Source: an uncultured Deferribacteres bacterium (lineage in GTDB: Bacteria; Zhuqueibacterota; Zhuqueibacteria; Zhuqueibacterales; Geothermadaptataceae). Taken from it: 27,291 bases of DNA. Below are positions 8,829 to 16,672 of the stretch, in pieces. The DNA lies in NCBI GenBank assembly GCA_964014485.1, contig CAXHAT010000100.1:1-27291 (forward strand). Reading direction: 5' to 3'. The stretch's first letter is position 1. Every line of letters starts with the position of its first letter. The notes under the pieces were generated by a model. That model ran no database searches. It was given only the letters and a program-made list of their open reading frames with translations, and was not told where the DNA came from. Position numbers and translations under genes: made by a program.

Positions 8829-10151
8829 ATGAAAATAGCTTATATCGCCGCCGGCGCTGGCGGCATGTACTGCGGCAGTTGCATCCGCGACAACACCTTG
8901 GCTTCCGCGCTCATCAAACTCGGGCATGAGGTTGCGCTCATTCCGACTTACACGCCTATGCGCACGGATGAGGCAAGCGTGAGTATGGACAACGTTTTTC
9001 TTGGCGGCGTGAATATTTTTTTGCAGCTCAAAGTTCCTTTTTTCAGAAAAACGCCGCGCTTTATTGACAAGCTTTTCGACAATCCCGGCTTCTTGCGCCG
9101 CATCTCAAACGACGCTGGTTCAACCGACGCCGGGCAGCTTGGCGAGTTGACGCTTGCGACGATTCAGGGCGATCACGGCGTGCTTAAAAAAGAATTCGTC
9201 CGTCTGGTGGAATGGCTCAAAAACGAATACAAGCCGGATATTGTCCAACTCACAAATTCCATGTTTCTCGGCATGGCCGCGGGGATGAAGCGCGAGCTCG
9301 GCGTTCCGGTTTTGTGCGCTATGCAAGGCGAGGACATCTTTCTTGAAGCGCTCGCCGAACCGCACAAGTCGAATGTGCTCAAGATGCTGCAAGAAAAAGC
9401 CGCAGACGTTGACGGTTTTGTTGCGACCAGTGATTTTTATGCTGGTTTTATGCGTGAATACCTGAACGTTTCTCAAGATCGCATGCACGTGGTTCGGCTG
9501 GGAATCAACTTGGACGGGCACGGAAAAACGCCGCGAAAAAAACGCGACGATTCACTGACGATTGGCTATTTTGCGCGCATCTGCCCGGAAAAAGGCCTGC
9601 ACCATCTGATCGACGCTTTTCGAATTTTAAAAAATGATCGCACAATGCCGCAGTTACGCTTGAAAATCGCGGGGTACATGGGCAAAAAAGACGCGCCGTA
9701 TTACGAAGCGCTGAAGGCAAAATTGCAAAAATGGGGGCTTGCGAATGACGTTGAACATTGCGGCGAACTGAGTCGAGACGAAAAGATTTCATTTCTCAGC
9801 AGCCTGGACGTTCTTTCAACGCCGACGAGTTATCGCGAGCCGAAAGGGCTCTTCCTTCTCGAGGCTTGGGCCAACGGCGTGCCTGTCGTTCAGCCTGCAC
9901 ACGGCGCGTTTCCGGAAATGATTGAAGCGACTGGCGGCGGGCTTTTGGTTGAGCCGGATTCGCCGCAAGCACTCGCCGACGGCTTAAGAAAAATGATCAT
10001 GAACCCGGAGTTGCGAGAGCGCTGCGGCGAGAATGGGCGGCGAGGCGTGCGAGAACAGTTTTCTGATCAAGCTATGGCCGAAGCCACCGTGGAAGTCTTT
10101 TCTCATTATCTGCGGCAAAAATCGGAAAGCGCACTCGTAGAAAATTTATGA
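8829..10151 (+). CDS. glycosyltransferase family 4 (GT-B fold)
   Basis: IGYFARICPEKG and EPKGLFLLEAWANGVPVV (E-x7-E) motifs; N-terminal GAGGMYCGSC. Confidence 0.9.
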   Translation: MKIAYIAAGAGGMYCGSCIRDNTLASALIKLGHEVALIPTYTPMRTDEASVSMDNVFLGGVNIFLQLKVPFFRKTPRFIDKLFDNPGFLRRISNDAGSTDAGQLGELTLATIQGDHGVLKKEFVRLVEWLKNEYKPDIVQLTNSMFLGMAAGMKRELGVPVLCAMQGEDIFLEALAEPHKSNVLKMLQEKAADVDGFVATSDFYAGFMREYLNVSQDRMHVVRLGINLDGHGKTPRKKRDDSLTIGYFARICPEKGLHHLIDAFRILKNDRTMPQLRLKIAGYMGKKDAPYYEALKAKLQKWGLANDVEHCGELSRDEKISFLSSLDVLSTPTSYREPKGLFLLEAWANGVPVVQPAHGAFPEMIEATGGGLLVEPDSPQALADGLRKMIMNPELRERCGENGRRGVREQFSDQAMAEATVEVFSHYLRQKSESALVENL

Positions 10152-10231
10152 TGGAATTTTATCGATAAGATGTTTATAATCAGCCACGTTGGCTGTGTGA
10201 ATTTGTCCGTCTGATTTAAATCAACAAAACC

Positions 10232-11977
10232 TTGTTGAAATTTTTTGTCCTCCGCTCACGTTTTATCCCCGCATTCTTTTTCATCGCCTTTTTTGAAGGG
10301 GGAGCGTTCTTCCTATCTCTATTTCCAGAGATGACGTCTTCTTCCAATCTTCAATCAGCGCCATTGCAGCAAAATTCCGATTTCAAGGCATGGTTTCGCA
10401 GCGGCAGCATTCGGGTGGATATTTACCCGCGGCGCGGCGACGGATACATCGATCTGGCTTTGCGATTCAGTCGCCGCCCCAAGGATTGGCAAAAACTTAA
10501 GTCCTGGAATCGCAATCGTCGCTATCCTGAAGTTGGCAGACCGATTCAGGTTCCTTTTACCTACCTGAACGCCGCAAGCCGCTTGCTTGTGGTCAATCGC
10601 ATTTTCAAGCGCGACCGCTATCAAGAGCCGAACTGGCAGCATTACGTGACTTTTCGCGGCGAAACCATGTGGTTTATTGCGGAGGTTTTCACCGGCGACG
10701 GTAACAACTACCACAAAATCCAGAAAGCGAACAACATTACGGCAAAACAAAAAATCGGCGTTGGGCAACGTATTCTAATTCCCAAGACTTTGTTAAGCGC
10801 GGAATTTATTGATCAATCATCACAAGTAGTTGCCGCCTCTCCTGTGCCGACCAGAAGAAGCGGAAGCTCAAAAGAAACGGTCACCCGCTTCGCAAAACTC
10901 CCCGATCACCCTGAACTCTCTTTTGAAAAAGACGCAAACGGCAATCAATTTGCGGTTTATCGACTAAAAGGCGGCGAGGCGCTGTACAGTTCCGTCGTCG
11001 TGCGGTTCACGGGACGCATTGAAGCCGACGACGTGAATGAAATGGCCGGAAAAATCATGAAAGTGAACGGTATTTCAGACCCGACGAAGATCCCGACGGG
11101 AAAACGCATTCGCATCCCTTTTGAATATCTATCGGAAGACTTTGACAGCGGCGGCGCTCCCGACCGGCTCGTTGCGGTCAACCGTTCTCGCGGCAGAGCT
11201 AAGGCTCACGTCATCCTCGACCCGGGGCACGGCGGCGCCGACCCGGGAACAATTCGCAGCGGGCAGACAGAAGATGAGTTGGCCTATGATGTGATGGTGC
11301 GTTTGAAAAGAACGCTCGAACGTCGCGGCGCGAAAGTTTATACGACGGTCTACGATCCGGTTGACAAGGAAAGGCCGCGCAACATTTCAAAGCTAAAAAA
11401 CGGCAAGAGCGAACGCGTCAAAACGACGCCGAATTATCGTATCAGCAATGCGCGTACAAGCGTGAATATGCGCGTATACTTGGTGAACAATATTTACGAC
11501 AGGCTCAAACGGCAGGGCGTAAAGGATCGGGACATTTTCTTCATCAGCATTCACATGGACCACTTGCACCCGCGGTTGTCCGGCTCGATGATTTATTATC
11601 CACGCGCCAGAGAACGAACGAATTCTTTTAAGGCAAGCGGACGCATTTACGGCCGCTATCAGGAAAGCAAGGGCAGTCGAATTCATTTTTCGAAGTCGGC
11701 CAATCGTCAGGCGGAATCATTTTCGTATGATTTTAGTCGTGAGATGACGCGCGTCTTTCGCAAACGCGGCATACCGATTCATTCTTACCGCCCAATCCGC
11801 CCGTTCGTCTATCGTAAAAACAAGAAATGGACGCCGGCGATTATTCGTTACAACAAAGTGCCGACCGCCATTCTTTTGGAAGTGGCGAATATGGCGAACA
11901 GCAGTGATTTCAGACGGTTGCGCGATTATCGCTTTCGTCAAAAAGTCGCCGAAGCGATTGCCGAAACAATCCTTTAA
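10232..11977 (+). CDS. LysM-repeat N-acetylmuramoyl-L-alanine amidase (Amidase_3)
   Basis: Hydrophobic N-terminus; three LysM-like units ending ...VGRPIQVP, ...VGQRILIP and ...TGKRIRIP. Catalytic motifs LDPGHGG, TEDE, FISIH and ILLEV. TTG start uncertain. Confidence 0.85.
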   Translation: MLKFFVLRSRFIPAFFFIAFFEGGAFFLSLFPEMTSSSNLQSAPLQQNSDFKAWFRSGSIRVDIYPRRGDGYIDLALRFSRRPKDWQKLKSWNRNRRYPEVGRPIQVPFTYLNAASRLLVVNRIFKRDRYQEPNWQHYVTFRGETMWFIAEVFTGDGNNYHKIQKANNITAKQKIGVGQRILIPKTLLSAEFIDQSSQVVAASPVPTRRSGSSKETVTRFAKLPDHPELSFEKDANGNQFAVYRLKGGEALYSSVVVRFTGRIEADDVNEMAGKIMKVNGISDPTKIPTGKRIRIPFEYLSEDFDSGGAPDRLVAVNRSRGRAKAHVILDPGHGGADPGTIRSGQTEDELAYDVMVRLKRTLERRGAKVYTTVYDPVDKERPRNISKLKNGKSERVKTTPNYRISNARTSVNMRVYLVNNIYDRLKRQGVKDRDIFFISIHMDHLHPRLSGSMIYYPRARERTNSFKASGRIYGRYQESKGSRIHFSKSANRQAESFSYDFSREMTRVFRKRGIPIHSYRPIRPFVYRKNKKWTPAIIRYNKVPTAILLEVANMANSSDFRRLRDYRFRQKVAEAIAETIL

Positions 11978-12063
11978 AGCACAAAGATCAGAAAAAGGGC
12001 ATGTTTTTTCAAGCGCCCTTTCATTCCATTCTCTACATTTTCCAAGTTCATACACTTTCTGCG

Positions 12064-13251
12064 ATGCGCGATTGGCCTGAAAACACTCGCACGATTTTCC
12101 ACCTCGACATGGACGCTTTTTACGCTGCGGTTGAAGAACTAGATCACCCGGAATATCGCGGCAAACCGCTTGTTGTCGGTGCGGATCCGAAGGGCGGCAA
12201 AGGACGCGGGGTGGTCTCGACGGCGAATTATGAAGCACGAAAGTACGGCGTGCATTCAGCGCTGCCAATCTCGAAAGCGTGGCAACGCTGCCCGCACGCG
12301 ATTTATGTGCGCGGGCGGTTCGAGCGCTATGGCGAAATTTCCAGACAAATTATGTCGATTTTGAGAGAGTTTTCGCCTGTGATCCAGCAAATTAGCGTGG
12401 ACGAAGCTTTTCTCGACATGGCCGGCGCACTGAACGTGCTTGGACAGCCCCGAGAAATCGCCGTCAATATTAAACGTTGCATTCAGGAAGAAACGGGATT
12501 GACGGCGAGCATCGGCGTTGCACAAAATAAGTTTATCGCTAAAGTCGCTTCCGATCTCGAAAAGCCGGACGGTTTGACCGTTTGTTTTCCGGGTGAAGAA
12601 ATCGAGTTTCTGCACCCGCTGCCCATTCGTCGGCTTTGGGGCGTGGGCGCAAAAACGGCGGAAAAATTAGCGAACATGGGAATCAAGACGATTGGCGATA
12701 TTGCCAAATTTCCGCAGGCGAACCTGATAAAATCTTTTGGAAAATGGGGGATGCAGTTGTGGCGGCTTTCGAACGGCATCGATAATCGCCCTGTTGAGTC
12801 GCATAGTTTACGCAAGTCAATCAGCGAAGAAACGACCTACGACGAGGACGTCGCCGATCCTGCGAAAGTGGAAAAGACTTTGTTTAAAATCGCCGACCGT
12901 TTGTCTCGCCTGATGCGCAAGAAAAAAATCAAAGGCCGAACCGTGACGCTGAAACTTAGGCTGGAAGGCTTTGAAACGTTTACACGCTCGCGCACTTTAA
13001 GCGAGTATGTAAATGACGCCGATACGCTGCGCGCCATCGCAACAGATCAATTTCGTAATTTCAATCGAAGGGACAAACGTATACGCTTGGTTGGCATTGG
13101 CGTATCACAATTGAATTCACTTGGCGGCGAACAATTAAGCCTATTCAGCGGGAACCAATCCGTACAAAGCGAAAAACTGGCGACGCTTCTGGATGAATTG
13201 AAGGAAAAATATGGTGAACATGCAGCCACGCGAGGCAGTTTTTTAGGATAA
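12064..13251 (+). CDS. dinB: DNA polymerase IV (Y-family)
   Basis: HLDMDAFYAAVE, ANYEARKYGV, SVDEAFLD, AKVASDLEKPDG, LWGVG, KSISEETT and C-terminal clamp-binding QLSLF. Confidence 0.95.
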   Translation: MRDWPENTRTIFHLDMDAFYAAVEELDHPEYRGKPLVVGADPKGGKGRGVVSTANYEARKYGVHSALPISKAWQRCPHAIYVRGRFERYGEISRQIMSILREFSPVIQQISVDEAFLDMAGALNVLGQPREIAVNIKRCIQEETGLTASIGVAQNKFIAKVASDLEKPDGLTVCFPGEEIEFLHPLPIRRLWGVGAKTAEKLANMGIKTIGDIAKFPQANLIKSFGKWGMQLWRLSNGIDNRPVESHSLRKSISEETTYDEDVADPAKVEKTLFKIADRLSRLMRKKKIKGRTVTLKLRLEGFETFTRSRTLSEYVNDADTLRAIATDQFRNFNRRDKRIRLVGIGVSQLNSLGGEQLSLFSGNQSVQSEKLATLLDELKEKYGEHAATRGSFLG

Positions 13252-13255
13252 CGTC

Positions 13256-13289
13256 TAACCTTGTCAGGCTTTTGCCCCTGACAAGGTTA
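13256..13289. repeat. 13-bp perfect inverted repeat just after dinB (REP-like or terminator-like hairpin)
   Basis: TAACCTTGTCAGG (13256-13268) / CCTGACAAGGTTA (13277-13289), 8-nt loop, no U-tract. Confidence 0.7.
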
Positions 13290-13341
13290 AAACACACTCA
13301 ACGTACCAAGCTGTAAAAATGAGAAAAATGATCAAAGCACA

Positions 13342-13560
13342 ATGAGCGAGCTAATCAATTTTATAGAACAAGAAATGGGAGCGCTGTTGCGAGCCGCACG
13401 CGAAGACAAAGGCTGGACGCGCAAAGAAGCCGCCGACCGCATCGGCGTATCCGAGCAAGAAATTGAGCAAATAGAATCTCACTCTGGCAAAGTCACCCTC
13501 GCCGTACTTCAAAAATACGCTGAGGCGGTCGACAAAAAAGTGCAGATCAAGTTTCTCTAA
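13342..13560 (+). CDS. XRE-family helix-turn-helix protein
   Basis: LRAAREDKGWTRKEAADRIGVSEQEIEQIE...TLAVLQKYAEA, an HTH_3 pattern; 72 aa. Confidence 0.85.
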   Translation: MSELINFIEQEMGALLRAAREDKGWTRKEAADRIGVSEQEIEQIESHSGKVTLAVLQKYAEAVDKKVQIKFL

Positions 13561-13576
13561 ACAGCGACCATCCTTG

Positions 13577-14071
13577 CTATGGTTGACGGACGAACAGAGC
13601 CTGAGCGTCGCTTTGTCGTCGTGTTCGCAAAATACTGATCCAAATTCCCGCCATAAAAGCCAGAAACTTGACAAAGCCAAACTCAATGATGTTGTTTTTG
13701 AACGCTTCGTAAAGCTCATTCCATACCGCTGCGTCTGCTGTGATGACGACAACGCCCATCTGCACCAGAAAAAAGAGAGAAATCATCACCATGCTCAAAA
13801 ACGCGATGATCACAGGGCGGAATTGGATGATCAACTTCATCAGCGCATAGCCAAAAAGCAGCGGCAACAGCAAATCGTTCGCGCCTTGCCACACCGCCTC
13901 ACCGATATTGGGCGGCGGCGAATAACCGGGAGGACTTAAAGCAATGCTTGTCGTATCATGCGCACTTTTCCCGACATCGGAACGCGCGACGGCATGGACT
14001 GTTTGCATTGTAGAACTTTTCGGATTTGCGTTGAGAACGCTTGCGGCGGCGGCGGATAATAAAGCTAACAT
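13577..14071 (-). CDS. membrane protein, FUN14-like C-terminal half
   Basis: Strong SD (AAAGGAGG) 5 nt before the ATG. Three hydrophobic segments: FGYALMKL..., ...LVQMGVVVI...W, ...AFMAGIWISI, resembling FUN14 by eye. Confidence 0.6.
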   Translation of the reverse strand: MLALLSAAAASVLNANPKSSTMQTVHAVARSDVGKSAHDTTSIALSPPGYSPPPNIGEAVWQGANDLLLPLLFGYALMKLIIQFRPVIIAFLSMVMISLFFLVQMGVVVITADAAVWNELYEAFKNNIIEFGFVKFLAFMAGIWISILRTRRQSDAQALFVRQP

Positions 14072-14314
14072 TTGAGCCTCCTTTCTACGGGTGTTTTTTT
14101 CAGGAGCACTCCATATCCGTTTCAGAAACGTCGATGAAAATTAGCGACGCAACCTTCTCCCATTCAGACAACAGCTCCCCAATAGTTGATGTTATTATGG
14201 TAAGAAATCAGATATTCGCTTTTGTTATCTGTAAATTTTTACAAGGAGGGCGGGATGATGACAAAGGCGTTTTTATTACACCATTTGAAGCAGATGTTTT
14301 TTGTAAGATTAGAT

Positions 14315-16672
14315 TTAAACCCATTCAATAATGATGGTCGCTACCTTGGTGCCAGCGGGGTGGTTTTTCAAAGAATTGAGTTCAGACGTTTCGTTTTGAC
14401 GATACCAATTCAAGTCAACCGAAATGTCTTCGATCACATTTTCGGGCAGAGTTTTAAAAGCCTTCAATAAGGGCAGGCAGTCGGCGAGTTTCGCCAAGTT
14501 TTTGGAATAAACGGCGTTTTTTTGGCGGTCAAAAGGCGGGATTTGTTCGACAGCGTCGCGCAGCGTCACAAACAACCTTGGAAAGTTCGTGGCTTCATCC
14601 TCGGGGAATTTTGTTTTAAGCCAAGCGAGTTCTTCAGGAAAAAGCCCATGCTTGTGAATGATACAAGCAGAAGCGTCGGGCTCATTTTGCGCAAAGCTTA
14701 TTGAAAATCCGAGAATTGTCGTAAAATATTGTCTGGGAGTTTTTACTGAAAAACCGATTGATTTTTGAACCCCTTTTTCAAAAAAGACAACGTTCTCTTG
14801 ATACTGTCTGTACAGGCAAACTAAACGATGCCGGAGCACGGCTTCCAAATGTCTGCGCTTAAAATCCATGGTTCCAACGTTAAAAAGCTGTTTTGGGAGC
14901 ATTCCTTTTTTGTTGGATTGCCCAGCTTGAAAGAATCGTTCTACATCGGCAATAGCCTCGTTCCACAACGCCGCGCCGTCTTTCGAGTCGACAATTTTGT
15001 AGTAAAAATTTGAAAGCCCCTTTCTCCAAACGCCTTGTTGTGGGCCGCCGAGAAGTTTGCGGCGTTTTTGAATCTGTTCTTGCAAGCGTTCGGCGAAAGC
15101 GGCATAACCGATATCCGGCGGCAATCCGAGAATAGGATCTTTGGAAACATAGTTGATTTTTCGGGTAGACAGTGTATTTTGAATGCTGGAAAGCGCTCGC
15201 TTGGAGAATGCGGTTAGCATGTAGATCACCAAATGCGGGTAATTCTGAACTTCTTCGATCAAGTCATAGCCTTGCCTCGGCTGCCAGAACCTGTTTTCGT
15301 CGAGCAATTCCATATCCGCGAGCAAAGCGGAAACGCTGCGCGGATTTTTCTGGAACATTTTCAAAGCTTCTTCCCCATTAGTGAACCCATGGACATCGGA
15401 AAAATATCCTTGAAGACCACTCATGAGCGCAGCCAGGGTCTCAGGATCGTCTTCAACGATAATAATTTTATCCGGAACGTGTTTTCCGCCCGCAACAGGC
15501 TCGCTTTGTACTAGTTCAGCGTAGTATTCTTCGAGTAAATGCTCTAGAGATTTCAATCTTCTGAACAATTCAGGATTATTCTTCTCAACAGTGGCGCGAG
15601 CGCCTTTTGTTTTAGTCAAGATTTCATCAGTCAAAATTCTTGCGTTCGCCAGCATAAAATCTAGCGTATAAATAATGCGCTCATTGTTGGAATTGCGGCC
15701 TAATTTTTTGAGATCGTGCAGCAATTTGTCAACGATGCCGTCGTCGCGCAGGTAATAGTTTTGGATGATCGTTGATTTTGCTGCGGAGACTTCCGGGATA
15801 CATAAAGCTTCGTCGGCAACAAGGTCGTTGGGGATTTGAAAATGCGGGAAGATTGGCGTAAGCAGACGAGACGCATCCGTTTTTGCATACAATTCTTTAC
15901 GCGGCAAAAAAGATATGAAAGCGATTTGTAAGCTGTCATAAAGCGCCGCCAACATTCTTGCCGCTTCATAACCTTTGAAGCGCGTATACAGACCTTCCTC
16001 ATCTTTAAGCTCAGCTTGGATCAAGATTGTTGAACCCGCTTTGACTTGGCCATCGAGCGCTTCCGGGGTTACGGCCACGAGCTTGTCTTTATAGGTTTTG
16101 CGAAATTGTTCGGCTAACGGGCCTTCGTTGCAAACTACAATTGCATTTTCCGGCAGTTTTAGCTTTTTAGGTAATCTGACTGTTCTGTGAAAATCACCGA
16201 ATTGCCGCTCTAACTGGTGATCGATTTGCAAACAAGCTTTCAGCGCATTGAGCGCATCATGAAATTCGGCGGGATGGGGAGAAGATTGTGATTGAAAAGC
16301 GGCAAATAACGTGAGAAGACGAGGATAAATTGGGTCGATTCTTGTGCGATGAAAAGGGTGAAAAACGGCCTTTGATTTGTTTTCACGAATATCTTCAATC
16401 AGCGGTGATCGCATCGCGTCATCGTGAACAACGACGTTCAGCAGTCCTTTTGTCATCAGTAATCGTTTGATTTGTAGATCATATTCGCCAACCAGTCTTT
16501 CGCTGATGACCAAAACATTTTCAGGTTCAACATTGGGGCATTGGTAACATATGCCATCTATAGAGAGTTTAATAATATTTTTTCCTGGCGAGGTGCCGAA
16601 ATCTTCCAGCATTGGACAATTTTGACGAATCGTTCTCGCCGGGATAATAATTGCGGTCGGGAAGCCACTCAT
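14315..16672 (-). CDS. large cytoplasmic receiver-domain protein (degenerate REC, helical His segment, canonical REC, unknown C-terminal domain)
   Basis: ATG at 16672 overlaps the upstream stop (ATGA); 785 aa. Canonical REC: KIIIVEDD...LLADMEL...GYDLI...YMLTA...YVSKD. An earlier REC-like unit (ILIQAEL..GYEAA..IAFIS) lacks the Asp. Confidence 0.75.
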   Translation of the reverse strand: MSGFPTAIIIPARTIRQNCPMLEDFGTSPGKNIIKLSIDGICYQCPNVEPENVLVISERLVGEYDLQIKRLLMTKGLLNVVVHDDAMRSPLIEDIRENKSKAVFHPFHRTRIDPIYPRLLTLFAAFQSQSSPHPAEFHDALNALKACLQIDHQLERQFGDFHRTVRLPKKLKLPENAIVVCNEGPLAEQFRKTYKDKLVAVTPEALDGQVKAGSTILIQAELKDEEGLYTRFKGYEAARMLAALYDSLQIAFISFLPRKELYAKTDASRLLTPIFPHFQIPNDLVADEALCIPEVSAAKSTIIQNYYLRDDGIVDKLLHDLKKLGRNSNNERIIYTLDFMLANARILTDEILTKTKGARATVEKNNPELFRRLKSLEHLLEEYYAELVQSEPVAGGKHVPDKIIIVEDDPETLAALMSGLQGYFSDVHGFTNGEEALKMFQKNPRSVSALLADMELLDENRFWQPRQGYDLIEEVQNYPHLVIYMLTAFSKRALSSIQNTLSTRKINYVSKDPILGLPPDIGYAAFAERLQEQIQKRRKLLGGPQQGVWRKGLSNFYYKIVDSKDGAALWNEAIADVERFFQAGQSNKKGMLPKQLFNVGTMDFKRRHLEAVLRHRLVCLYRQYQENVVFFEKGVQKSIGFSVKTPRQYFTTILGFSISFAQNEPDASACIIHKHGLFPEELAWLKTKFPEDEATNFPRLFVTLRDAVEQIPPFDRQKNAVYSKNLAKLADCLPLLKAFKTLPENVIEDISVDLNWYRQNETSELNSLKNHPAGTKVATIIIEWV

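Noticed and set aside
11978..12063. LexA/SOS box upstream of dinB
   Set aside because: No CTGT-N8-ACAG or GAAC-N4-GTTC match; only a weak AAAGGGC/GCCCTTT hairpin. A lineage-specific box cannot be excluded.
13574..14470. Plus-strand ORFs 13574..13939, 14041..14331 and 14222..14470
   Set aside because: Overlap better supported minus-strand genes and lack protein-like motifs.
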